The notes: generated from the letters alone by a model not told the origin. A stretch of DNA of 64,000 nt from Bacteroidales bacterium (GCA_017962275.1 JAGCVQ010000038.1:421-64420); one strand, 5' to 3'. Counted from the stretch's first letter, positions 49,401-55,741 are shown. A program made the numbers and translations.

Positions 49401-49861
49401 TCTATGTGCTGCACCTCTCCCTCAACCCGATTTACGACATCTACGTGACCGATACGGCCATCCGCGAGCACGAATACGTCAACGGCAGCTTCGTAATCAC
49501 CCCTGCTGACAGCGGCACGTTCGAATACGACATCCAGTACTTCACGTTAGTCGGCTGCGACAGTATCGTCCACCTGACCCTCTATGTGGCCTTCAACGAC
49601 GGTGTTGAGGAGTTCACGATGGAGCCGGAGTTCTCGTTCTATCCGAACCCGACGAGCGTGATGTTGAACATCCGCGGCGAGCGCATGAAGAGCGTGGCGG
49701 TCTTCAACATGGCCGGCAAACTGCTCAACCAGCAAGACGCCGACACGCCCGACTTCACGCAGATTGACGTAATCAACCTCCCGACCGGCCACTACTTGGT
49801 GAAAGTGACCTTGGACGACGGCAAGACGGTGACCGGAAAGATCATCGTGAGCCGGCGGTAA
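37430..49861 (+). CDS. giant (4143 aa) T9SS type A cargo protein built of Ig-like repeats and about 50 two-cysteine GCDS modules
   Basis: One uninterrupted 12.4-kb ORF. Order of parts: signal peptide; an N-terminal ~280 aa possibly PCMD-like (FPNPGFEKW...); Ig-like repeats (CxGxxATL..., RCGxGTVxLxA...WY); about 50 modules ending GCDSxVTLxLTV; C-terminus FYPNPTSVMLNI...VAVFNMAGKLL...LPTGHYLVKV (Por secretion tail). Confidence 0.9.
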   Translation: MKKFTIFCALLFLTASMVNGQTITQTNTQFPNPGFEKWTNHTGADVYQGTSYVPDNWHTFDEVLCQTTLNIGCGEAVKTSHERLSGSDALSGSYSLDLLTHRAAGIARANGTITSGRTRVGSITVTNYQNYNYSDLSNSSSYGNGHFYWPFIGCPDSMSFYYKTNWSSSSNQPLIKVYLHKGAWYDHANGAVNASASSSSSDLNNTNLIAYCQTAFSPSTSWARFADKFIHYSNNSANNDNDYSTITRPQYILASFSTNESAGGGTDNDRLALDNLWCIYDKGLSSVSIGGTANSAALNAFNAAEFATHEPACAYDASGNPIFNNSGSTTFNYPTPVACNNIPQVAAQPKSKLITAFTVTQANADNGYKATIHVVHNDNSTFDYYIQFAVDLPTLTATATPQVVCEGASATLNVTGANTYSWSTGQSGSSITVTPTQQHTTYTVTGTASNGCSNTASVSVEMQPQPTVSISGSTSICAGLATTLTGTGAASYVWSNGSHDSYIQVTTGGSYTVTGSTSYGCTATATVTVTAHDAPTVTIDGPTFLCSGTTATLTASGLSNYTWSGSAQGNDNPLTITSGGTYTVSGTDANGCSGSTTKSVTGKTTPTVTISGTTALCDGATGTLTANVTPANSTLTWNNGSTSSSLDITSADTYTVTASLDGCESSVSVTVTSAASPTAPTANNGSRCGEGTVELSVNNPVDGYTYHWYTQQSGGSEAGNGTTFTTTNLVNPNTYNYYVSAQNEGGCFSPRTQVTATVNAVPANPGVDGMSVCGASDITLTATSANTVKWYSDAAGNNEITAAQHVTGDATFYAAAISSNGCRSALVPLTVTVNEIPAAPVVTTTPASPICSNNSVSVQLNVPQLTGYNVKWYNSEMQYEGQGFQMTRTVNGITTYYATITNSNTQCVSAETPVEIVINPLPTAPSDVTNASVCGSGDITLTNQSTSATNWYSDPNGETEAAVNQHITSNTTFYAAVVDQNNCRSSLVPMTVTVNPVYAQTDDYQTACGSYTWQGETYTTSGDITKTISSSLGCDSTVTLHLTINNGYNVSFDTTVCNAFTWLGETYTTSQTIEKNLQSVSGCDSIVTCHLTVKHSSTSTQTITVCNNEIPFMFAGTEITSAGTQTITLPNANADGCDSIITLTVNVNPTPGTPTLNSTVLSRCGAGTLNLNVSKGSNSDGCRWYATQTGGEPIHTGLSYTPELTESTTFYVSSYSNAGCESDRIEVAVTVNEVPGDPQITTAEDTRCGAGDVILSAAVGENGTQCRWYGNNNPNNTTVLSTESTYTVTFNNNQNTTRTFYVESYNVATGCKSATRVAAVATENAVPAAPQVTDATNCGPLTADLAEYVNTSADLFRWYDSDETQLAENAHYNTTVNESTNFLVSVYNSETTCESPKSTLTVTIRPTYEPQSIHDTICQNVPYQNYGIAQTFTTAGEKSFVLNTVTANGCDSLVTLYVYVKPQVTNTITAEACNEYVWNGETFSESNTYVRTLTAANGCDSVVTLNLTINTAQHQDVYETACDSYEWNGETYTASGDHTMTFTSANSCDSVVTLHLTINSSTSYTDVHDVCNSFTWIDGNTYTESNNTATFTMPNAAGCDSVITLNLTVRKATAYTDVHDVCDSYTWIDGTTYTESNHTATYTTTNAAGCDSVITLDLTVRKATAFTDVQEACSSYTWIDGITYTESNHTATFTTTNAAGCDSVVTLDLSIHQPVVKNLTDTVCQGTPYNRHGFQLATDVPGTYTETHNLTTVFGCDSTVTLELTVNPAHQVQLADTICIGEPYTENGFNIPAATQPGTFPHTLSLQNAYGCDSTVMLSLTVAPTQYIVLNDMVCAGEHYTNYGFDTTLRVAGTYTLTHNDLTVFGCDSTTTLSLVVTPTYQTHRYDTLCFNGSIFFNGQTLTAPGIYRDTLPSVHGCDSIVILHLSVRPEKRRDIVAHICNGSDYTENGFNITGATETDDYENNNLDVNGCDSTTTLHLFVHDPVITELSDTVCQGTAYNRYGFQFDADEAGIVTLTQELETSFHCDSIVILTLTVNPSHDLTYDVDGCVNEPVSAYGFDTTFNKAGHYTLVHQGLNVYDCDSVTTLNVHIYAKPQTYLNATICYNDEYDFHGVMLTEEGLYTDTLTSAHGCDSIVRLYLTQYPEKSRSYEAHTCYGEEYNGYGFSIPNPTVTDDYVNNDSDVNGCDSITTLHLIVHEPVTTMLEETLCVGEVYNQNGFHIPVMSAIDTIYTQNLQTVFGCDSVVNLHLIANPVHYIELTDDVCAGVPYNDYGFDTTFANANTYTLMNIDQNVYGCDSVTVLYLNVHPNYNINISTTICANTSYNFNGNELTVSGVYTAELSTVHGCDSIVTLTLNVGAEFRDTITDHICEGASYDKYGFTIESPETGFYDQHLTSQSGCDSFVVLHLYVHELNTTELFDTICEGNPYTLYGFNIPTPVLGSQTITRTVQTAYSCDSVVVLNLEVLPVHHFEYEDDICVNGHYSGHGFDTVITQPGTHTLIHSEENIHGCDSTVTLQLRVHPAYDQTINAAICYGETYTFDGMTLSETGTHTAEYTTDFGCDSIVTLNLTVYPEYRKDIEAHICLGESYYANGFTIDSPTETDYYTRTTQLANGCDSITYLHLFVHEPVVTELYDTLCGQGAYSGYGFIIANTTIGTNLYTRHLESAYECDSTVNLHLTVNPVHHIVVDTLLCAGEPFTKFGFDTTFAETGSYTLAYEGLNNYGCDSTFTVNIAVHPVFQHEIEAAICHNETYLFNGVALAETGNYTDTLATIYGCDSIVTLHLTVYPEKRDTLEVAICEGESYTENDFEIFSPSETKYYSHATTDVNGCDSTTVLHLIVNPRAYTNFTQTLCVGESYTENGFNVLASVPGTFTHTQHLQTTNGCDSMVTLQITVNPTHQMVFNDTACAGSAYTQHGFDTTFNEAGLYTLIHSEPNVYGCDSTITLHLRVWPSYHYSISTMICENGSYEFNGETYTEAGSYTAELQTSHGCDSIVILNLSVGAEYRDTIVAHVCEGSDYTENNFNLTNVTESGYHTQQGLAQNGCDSITVLHLIVHGLNTTELNATVCLGESYQLNGFDVTPTTAGDTTCTRIVPTEYNCDSTIVLHLTVNPTNAVALTDEVCAGIHYQANGFDTTFAEAGIYTLTNTGLNIYGCDSITTMTLTVWPNLQSEYYDTICHNTTYDFHGTILAEAGDHTVTLQSEHGCDSVVTLHLAIRPEVISEFAETACTSYTWNDSVYTTSGDYVQHFQDVNGCDSTVTLHLTIHTADAVQITATACVNFTWNDTIYTESGDYTQLFQNANGCDSLVTLHLTINPVYNINLHDTICLGTHYAANGFDTLPTDAGTYVLVHESQSIHGCDSTTTLHLTVNPTYSIDTTVNICDVEVPYIWDNEQYWETGDFDIPYSTVNGCDSIVHLHLNVNPTYSFNVSATVCQGALPYWFDEEHSFSQGGDHTITLTTVNGCDSVCHLHLTVIPNSEHYVTHTICASELPHTFMDSTFTEAGEYEIVVADIDNCLTITHFTLNVNDTYHHYDTVTVCEETLPYTYGTTSLNTTGDYDILFSTVNSCDSLVSVHFTVIPTAHGVEEQYVCASDFPMVYGGNTFTQEGTYEVVFQRDGLCDSIVTFTLHQAQEYLIPETAEVCDHSLPYEWRGMQFNESGIYYDSLTTGHGCDSVYKLTLTVNPTVVITDNPIVLCAGGSEIWRGMTLTESGTYRDTANSVTTGCYEIHEVTVTVNPTYHIYDTVTICSDELPYLWHGLTLNSAGSREDYHQTVNFCDSIYYLTLFVNPSYHATETASACDYDLPYLWHGQTITASGIYYDTLTTANGCDSTFMLTFTVNTSSYVTETETICNTSLPYLWRGYTLTAAGTYYDTVPNTFGCNDVYELQLTVNQSDVITIHDTICQGGYYTLNGFDTLAAQPGTLYDQLTLTNTNGCDSTVNLILQVMPTYLFETTASTCENVPYEWHGGSYSVEGDYYDSLTTVYGCDSVYVLHLSLNPIYDIYVTDTAIREHEYVNGSFVITPADSGTFEYDIQYFTLVGCDSIVHLTLYVAFNDGVEEFTMEPEFSFYPNPTSVMLNIRGERMKSVAVFNMAGKLLNQQDADTPDFTQIDVINLPTGHYLVKVTLDDGKTVTGKIIVSRR

Positions 49862-49883
49862 ACTATGATACCATAACGTTTTT

Positions 49884-49917
49884 GTAGGGGCGGATAAATA
49901 TTCGCCCCTACGTTTTT
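49884..49917 (+). terminator. intrinsic terminator of the giant gene
   Basis: gtaggggcg gataaatatt cgcccctac followed by gttttt. Confidence 0.8.
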
Positions 49918-49945
49918 ATAAGCTATCACATTCATCCAAAAAACG

Positions 49946-49953
49946 TATCTTTG
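49946..49953 (+). promoter_or_regulatory. -7 box TAtcTTTG upstream of the CPBP protease gene
   Basis: Context is cgtatctttgccgccg. The octamer array lies between it and ATG 50066. Confidence 0.55.
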
Positions 49954-49970
49954 CCGCCGAAACTTTGAAC

Positions 49971-50050
49971 CGTGTAACCGTGTAACCGTGTAACCGTGTA
50001 ACCGTGTAACCGTGTAACCGTGTAACCGTGTAACCGTGTAACCGTGTAAC
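49971..50050 (+). repeat. perfect tandem octamer (CGTGTAAC)x10
   Basis: Ten uninterrupted identical 8-bp units, counted base by base. Confidence 0.95.
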
Positions 50051-50065
50051 CATAAACCTTCTACA

Positions 50066-50968
50066 ATGAGACTACGTGAAAAACCCTACTGGATCCAACT
50101 TATCGTGCTGGCGCTCTTCATGCTCGGCGGGATGCTGGTGTTCTCGTCGCTGGGGACGCTGATCGTCATGCTCCTCTACCACACACCGAACATGTTAGAG
50201 GCATCCGACCCTGTGACCGCCATCCGCATCACGCAGGCGCTGACCACCATCGGGGCGTTCCTCGTGCCCGCGCTGCTGTTCGCCTACTGCCAGAACCGGC
50301 AGTGGTTCGACTACAACGCCGCCACCCGGCGCCCGAACCAGACAATGGTGAACATGGTGCTGATTTTGTCCGTCACCTTGCTGCCCGTGGTGGGTGTGCT
50401 GTCGGCGTTCAACCAGAGCATCATGCCGCAAGAAGGCTCCGTGGCCGAATTCATGCGCGACATGGAAGAAGCCGCCAACCACATTCTGGAGCTCGTGACC
50501 TCGCAGCGCAGCAGCTGGGATCTCATCTCCAACATCCTGGTATTCGCTGTGTTAGCCGGCATCTGCGAGGAGTTCTTCTTCCAAGGTTCCCTGCAGCCGC
50601 TGCTGATGAACTGGACGAAGAACCCGCACGTCGGCATCCTGCTCACCGCCCTGATATTCAGTGCACTGCACTTCCAGTTCTACGGATTCATCCCGCGGTT
50701 CCTCTTAGGGGTCTATCTCGGCTACCTCTTCTACTGGAGCCGGTCGCTGTGGCTGCCCATCCTGGCGCACGTGCTGCACAATGCGCTCTCCATCATGGTG
50801 GACTACACCCTTCAGGGACGCGGCATCGACACCGACAACATGCAGTACACCGACGTGCACGGTTCGCTGCCCACAGCCGCCGCCTGCGCCCTCATTAGCG
50901 CAATGGCGATTGTCTATATCTGGCGGATTTACCGTGACGAGACGGAAGACGTGAGACGTGAGAGGTGA
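50066..50968 (+). CDS. CPBP-family (CAAX-type) intramembrane glutamic endopeptidase
   Basis: Polytopic protein with the motifs CEEFFFQG, FSALHF and HVLHNA. The last 8 codons (EDVRRER*) are encoded by a GTRAGAC-type word array. Confidence 0.85.
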   Translation: MRLREKPYWIQLIVLALFMLGGMLVFSSLGTLIVMLLYHTPNMLEASDPVTAIRITQALTTIGAFLVPALLFAYCQNRQWFDYNAATRRPNQTMVNMVLILSVTLLPVVGVLSAFNQSIMPQEGSVAEFMRDMEEAANHILELVTSQRSSWDLISNILVFAVLAGICEEFFFQGSLQPLLMNWTKNPHVGILLTALIFSALHFQFYGFIPRFLLGVYLGYLFYWSRSLWLPILAHVLHNALSIMVDYTLQGRGIDTDNMQYTDVHGSLPTAAACALISAMAIVYIWRIYRDETEDVRRER

Positions 50969-51017
50969 GAGGTGAGAGGTGAGATGTAAGAAGTAAGACG
51001 ATACAAAAACACCAAAT

Positions 51018-52670
51018 ATGAACAAGTATTGGTCATGGATAGGAATAGTAGCCGTTCTGCTGCTGGGACTGATGACATGCTGCAAGCCACGGGAGCACGC
51101 GCAGCCGAAGCCGCACTGGTTCAAGCATTACACCCAATTCCACGAGAAAGAGTACATCCAATTCATTGAAAGTCAAATCGACAACGACCGCGATTCGACT
51201 CTAAGAGCGGCTATGGTCCGCGATTTCTACCGCAGCCGCCACTTCCAGCCGTTTTGGACGCAGAAAGGGTTGCAGGAGGCGTTTACCGACTCACTGCTCA
51301 CCACCCTCGCCAACGCCTACCCGCAGCACGGCATCCCCGCCGAATACTTCCAGCTCGACAGCATCCGGCACGCCATCAGCCAGTTGGTGGAGCATGAGAT
51401 TCCCAACAACGAAGAGCTATACCCGCATCTCTACCGCCTCGAACGGCAGCTCACCGACCAGTATCTCCGCTACGCCTGCGCCCTGCGTTACGGCGCAGTG
51501 AACCCGAAAGCCGTCCACGGCAGCAAATGGTACTACGAGACCCTCTCCCCAGACAGCGCTTTCCTCTTGACCGCCCTCGACAACATGCACCGTTTCGCCG
51601 ACTACCTTCCGGAACTTTATCCGCAATCCGCTGACTACAAAATCCTTCAGAAGGAATGGAGGAAGCTGTTAGCAGAACCGGACAGCGTTGCCATCATGGA
51701 TACGACCCTGCTTCCGCTGCAATTCCGTCGCGATGCCATGGTCGCCAACCTCGAACGCTTGCGCTGGCAAACGCGGCACCGCAAAGAGGACGACACCATC
51801 TACATCGCCGTCAACATTCCCGACTACACGCTCTGCGTGGTGCAAAAGGACACCGTGGTGATGCGCAACCGGATTTGCTGCGGCAGGACCCAGAGCCCAG
51901 AGAAGGTGCCGGCCCGTCACAAAAACGGTCTTATCACCCCTTACAAGGCCGAGACCCCGCTGATGTACAGCCAGATACGCACCCTTGTGCTCAATCCCGA
52001 GTGGAACATCCCTTATGACATCATCAAGGACGAATACTACCCGAAGCTCGTCCGCAGCAATACGGCGGTGGTCAAACGCGAGCACCTCTACATCCGCGAC
52101 AGCCGCAACGGAAAGTATGTCATCCCCGACTCCATTGACTGGAACCGTGTGAACCGCGGCAACATCCCCTACCGGCTGCACCAGACCTCCGGCCGCTATA
52201 ACGCGCTGGGGCTCTACAAGTTCGTGTTCGCAAACTCCGAGTCGGTCTATCTGCACGACACCAACAACAAAGGGGCGTTCAAGCGGAACAAACGGGCCCT
52301 GAGCCACGGCTGCGTGCGCGTGCAGCATCCCGACAGCGTGGCCGAATGGGTCTATGCCGTCAACCGGTTCGACACCAACTACATCGAACAGTTGCACATC
52401 ATCTCCGGCGCGGAACCGACCACCGAAAAGGGCGAGGAGTTCCTGGAGAAAAAGCACGAGAAAGACTCCCTCTATTACGAAAACCTCAGCGACTGGGACA
52501 AGCTGTTCTACCGCGAGCTACGTCCCAGCAGCGTCACCCTGCGCAAGCCCATCCCGCTCTTCATCGAGTACTACACCTGCTTCGTAGGCGACGACGGCAC
52601 CGTGCAATACCGCGAGGATGTCTATTACAAGGACGGGAATATCCTGTATCTGATGAAGAACCCCAATTAA
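51018..52670 (+). CDS. L,D-transpeptidase (YcbB/LdtD-like)
   Basis: YkuD catalytic motif HDTNNKGAFKRNKRALSHGCVRV. The N-terminal region FYRSRHFQPFWT is typical of YcbB-type enzymes. Confidence 0.88.
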   Translation: MNKYWSWIGIVAVLLLGLMTCCKPREHAQPKPHWFKHYTQFHEKEYIQFIESQIDNDRDSTLRAAMVRDFYRSRHFQPFWTQKGLQEAFTDSLLTTLANAYPQHGIPAEYFQLDSIRHAISQLVEHEIPNNEELYPHLYRLERQLTDQYLRYACALRYGAVNPKAVHGSKWYYETLSPDSAFLLTALDNMHRFADYLPELYPQSADYKILQKEWRKLLAEPDSVAIMDTTLLPLQFRRDAMVANLERLRWQTRHRKEDDTIYIAVNIPDYTLCVVQKDTVVMRNRICCGRTQSPEKVPARHKNGLITPYKAETPLMYSQIRTLVLNPEWNIPYDIIKDEYYPKLVRSNTAVVKREHLYIRDSRNGKYVIPDSIDWNRVNRGNIPYRLHQTSGRYNALGLYKFVFANSESVYLHDTNNKGAFKRNKRALSHGCVRVQHPDSVAEWVYAVNRFDTNYIEQLHIISGAEPTTEKGEEFLEKKHEKDSLYYENLSDWDKLFYRELRPSSVTLRKPIPLFIEYYTCFVGDDGTVQYREDVYYKDGNILYLMKNPN

Positions 52671-52682
52671 AAGGATTTTTTG

Positions 52683-52690
52683 TACCTTTG
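52683..52690 (+). promoter_or_regulatory. -7 box TAccTTTG upstream of nadE
   Basis: Context is tgtacctttgccgc, 22 nt upstream of ATG 52712. Confidence 0.6.
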
Positions 52691-52711
52691 CCGCTCATAA
52701 AACCTTTCACA

Positions 52712-53542
52712 ATGATCAGACCCGACAAACCCTATTTCCCGTTCCTCGCCGGCGAGGAGAGTATGCGGAAGCTGGCCGACGGCATCCGCGAAAGGATGTA
52801 TAACTACGTATCGACAAGCAAGTTGCAATCGCTGGTGCTCGGCATTTCCGGCGGCATCGACAGCACTTTGTGCGCCGCGTTGCTGCGACCCGTGTGCGAC
52901 CGTCTCAACATCCCGCTCATTGGCCGATCCATCACCATCGAGACCAACAAGGCCGATGAGATTGCCCGATCCATCGCGGTGGGCGAGGCTTTCTGCCACG
53001 ATTTCGAGCACCTCGACCTCACCGAGACCTTCTACGCCAACAAGAAGCTCCTCATCCGCTTCGATGATTCGATGCTCTCGAAACTGCGTCAGGGCAACAT
53101 GAAGGCCCGCATGCGGATGATGGTCCTTTTCGACCTCGCCCAGCTCAACCACGGCATGGTCATCAGCACCGACAACTACACCGAATACCTCACCGGCTTC
53201 TGGACGCTGCACGGCGATGTGGGCGATTATGCTCCCGTACAACATCTCTGGAAAACAGAGATTTACAACCTTGCCACCTATCTTCTCGGCGAAGAGAACG
53301 AGCAGCAGAAGGCCGCCATGCAGTCGTGCATCGACGCCACGCCGGTCGATGGGCTCGGCATCAGCTCGTGCGACTGCGAACAGCTCGGCGTGGAAAACTA
53401 TTTCGAGGCCGACCGCATCTTCGCCGCCTACTTCCAAGGCGACGAATCGCTGCGCGAACACACCCTCATCAAACGCTACTACAGCTCCGAATACAAACGG
53501 CACAACCCGGCGTGTCTGTCCCGCGAAGAGCTGATAAGTTAG
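52712..53542 (+). CDS. nadE: ammonia-dependent NAD+ synthetase
   Basis: PP-loop LGISGGIDS, followed by a NadE-like core. The ORF-track start 52346 overlaps the previous gene, so ATG 52712 after the promoter is preferred. Confidence 0.88.
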   Translation: MIRPDKPYFPFLAGEESMRKLADGIRERMYNYVSTSKLQSLVLGISGGIDSTLCAALLRPVCDRLNIPLIGRSITIETNKADEIARSIAVGEAFCHDFEHLDLTETFYANKKLLIRFDDSMLSKLRQGNMKARMRMMVLFDLAQLNHGMVISTDNYTEYLTGFWTLHGDVGDYAPVQHLWKTEIYNLATYLLGEENEQQKAAMQSCIDATPVDGLGISSCDCEQLGVENYFEADRIFAAYFQGDESLREHTLIKRYYSSEYKRHNPACLSREELIS

Positions 53543-53575
53543 CAGTTAGCAGTTAATCGTTAACGACAGATTGAT

Positions 53576-54442
53576 ATGGATTTTTCCCCACATAACGCGC
53601 ATCTGCTGGTAGATGCGGGGGCCACCAAAACCACTTTCGCGGTGGTGGACGGTACTTGCGAGCCTTTTCGTTGCCAGTGCGCGGGCATCAACGCCAACTA
53701 CACGCCCGAGGCGGACATTCTGCGCATCTTGGCGGAAGCGGTTTCGCAATTCCCGAAAGAGGTAAAAATCAACAAGATAGACTATTACGGTGCCGGTTGT
53801 GCGACTCCGCAGAACGCATTGCGTATGGAGGGCTATCTCCGCATGTACTTCCCAATGGCCGACATCCGGGTCTGGTCCGACCTGATGGCCGCCTGTCACG
53901 CGTTGGCGGGCGGGCGCGAGGCCATTGTCTGCATCCTCGGCACCGGCGCGGCCTCCTGTCACTACAACGGACAGGAGATGATTCACCGCGCTCCCTCCCT
54001 GGGCTGGATGCTCGGCGACGAGGGCAGCGGCACCAACCTCGGTAAACATCTGATTACCGCTTACTTATCCGAAACGCTCCCCCATCCTATCAAGGACAAG
54101 TTAGAGGAGCAATATCACCTCAACCGCGAGCTCGTGTTACATAAGCTCTATCAGGAACCGCAGCCCAATCTGTTCATGTCGCAGTTCGCCCCGTTCCTGC
54201 GGGAGAATCTTTCAGAGCCGTCTGTGCGACAAATCGTCTCCAATGCTTTCTCCACCTTCTTCGCCAAGCAGAAGAGCTACTATCCCGGCTGCGACGACCT
54301 TCCGTGGCATTTCACGGGCTCTGTCGCCGCGCATTTCGAGGAGGTGCTGCGCGAGGCGGCAGGAAATGCAGGGTGCAAGATCGGGGAGATTGCAGGGGAC
54401 CCGATGGAGCAGTTGATTGGGTTAGAGAGGTTAAAGGGTTAG
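53576..54442 (+). CDS. BadF/BadG/BcrA/BcrD-type ATPase (N-acetylglucosamine kinase-like)
   Basis: LLVDAGATKTTFAVVDG phosphate-1 motif, then ILGTGAAS and GWMLGDEGSG. The last codons lie in a GGTTANNN array. Confidence 0.8.
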   Translation: MDFSPHNAHLLVDAGATKTTFAVVDGTCEPFRCQCAGINANYTPEADILRILAEAVSQFPKEVKINKIDYYGAGCATPQNALRMEGYLRMYFPMADIRVWSDLMAACHALAGGREAIVCILGTGAASCHYNGQEMIHRAPSLGWMLGDEGSGTNLGKHLITAYLSETLPHPIKDKLEEQYHLNRELVLHKLYQEPQPNLFMSQFAPFLRENLSEPSVRQIVSNAFSTFFAKQKSYYPGCDDLPWHFTGSVAAHFEEVLREAAGNAGCKIGEIAGDPMEQLIGLERLKG

Positions 54443-54501
54443 GAGGTTAGAGGGTTAAAAGTGTAACCTTTTGGTTTTTTTGCGTCATATTATAAAAACA
54501 G

Positions 54502-54509
54502 TATCTTTG
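54502..54509 (+). promoter_or_regulatory. -7 box TAtcTTTG
   Basis: Context is agtatctttgctgcg, 29 nt upstream of ATG 54538. Confidence 0.55.
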
Positions 54510-54537
54510 CTGCGTATTTCATCTAAATCCAACCGTC

Positions 54538-55704
54538 ATGAAAAAGAGCACAATCACACATTATCTGCCCGTTTTTGTCGGGTTGTTCCTGATGGTTTGT
54601 CTTGCGGCGTGCACACACGGTCCCATCGAACCGCTGCCCACGGATCCGCAGCCCATTGTCTACACTCCCGAAGAGCAGGAACCTATCATCAACGACTTCA
54701 CCCTAATCAAGGCCTGCATTGGCAAATCGCATTCGGAGGCCGCCGCGCTGTTGACCGACCATGGCTTCACCGCCGTAGAGGACAACAAATTCACGAAAAC
54801 GGAAAATGGTGTCACGAAGGAGGCTAAAATCTATTCCACAGGAAATGTCTGCTTGACCTTACGTAACAGTGATTTCGACATCCTAAAAACCGGATTCATC
54901 CAATGGCTAACCGAGGCTCGAAATTCGGTGGCTTATACCCATTTAGTCCGCTCCAGTCTCGAACTTAGCACTGGCTGGGGCAACGGATACCAATCTTTTA
55001 ATACACCCGAAGAGCTCATAGCGGCTCTCATTCCAACACCACAGGCTGACGGCATGGAGGCCTCGTTCGACGGGAACGATTATTACGCCAATCAATACAG
55101 TTTGGTGATGATGCCTTATCTCAACGGCGTTTTCATGCAAATCACCAACCCACGTGCCGGACAGCCTTCCGACGACTTCACCGAAAGCGACCTCGAGACC
55201 GCCGACCTGCAAAAGCACATCCTGATTTCCAAGGTGGACTATCTGACCTTCCGCTACAAGGGTTTTTATGCGCTCAATGTCAGCAACAAGCAAAACTCCG
55301 GCGATGAAATTCCCTTTTTAGCGGAATACCGTTCGCCGGGCGATTTCGGGTACATCAAGCTGTTCTACCGCAACACCGACAATCTTCTGATGGACGGCAC
55401 CATCATCTGGAGCGGCTGCGGCGAGCTCAGTTTCCCCGACCATTTCCGTGCCGGTCTGCCGATGGACAACGGTCTGCCCTACCCAGGGCAAAGCTGCATC
55501 GCTTTCATCAACAATTCGGGACAATACGTAACCGTCACCGACGAAAATGAGCTGAAGTACATCTGGCAGAGCGTTTCCCGCCAAAAAGAATTCCAGCACT
55601 ACTACAACAACTCCCACAAAAAGGTGGCGGTTTATCTTTACACCCCCAGCGTGGGTATCGGCAATCCCGCGGATGCCTACTATCTGGTGTTCACGGAGCA
55701 ATAG
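54538..55704 (+). CDS. hypothetical lipoprotein
   Basis: Lipobox LAAC after a hydrophobic signal; 388 aa; no family recognised. Confidence 0.75.
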   Translation: MKKSTITHYLPVFVGLFLMVCLAACTHGPIEPLPTDPQPIVYTPEEQEPIINDFTLIKACIGKSHSEAAALLTDHGFTAVEDNKFTKTENGVTKEAKIYSTGNVCLTLRNSDFDILKTGFIQWLTEARNSVAYTHLVRSSLELSTGWGNGYQSFNTPEELIAALIPTPQADGMEASFDGNDYYANQYSLVMMPYLNGVFMQITNPRAGQPSDDFTESDLETADLQKHILISKVDYLTFRYKGFYALNVSNKQNSGDEIPFLAEYRSPGDFGYIKLFYRNTDNLLMDGTIIWSGCGELSFPDHFRAGLPMDNGLPYPGQSCIAFINNSGQYVTVTDENELKYIWQSVSRQKEFQHYYNNSHKKVAVYLYTPSVGIGNPADAYYLVFTEQ

Positions 55705-55741
55705 ATTGTTTTTCCCAGTCGGTGCGTATTCGAATTTTATG

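Noticed and set aside
52346-52711. Upstream extension of the nadE ORF, plus similar ORF-track extensions at 1235-1270, 4126-4194, 5794-5820, 20876-21955 (upper part), 34047-34058, 35825-35860 and 58701-58775.
   Set aside because: The extensions overlap the preceding gene or begin inside or before the gene's own -7 promoter box or a hairpin repeat. An internal ATG just downstream of the promoter gives the canonical N-terminus in each case.
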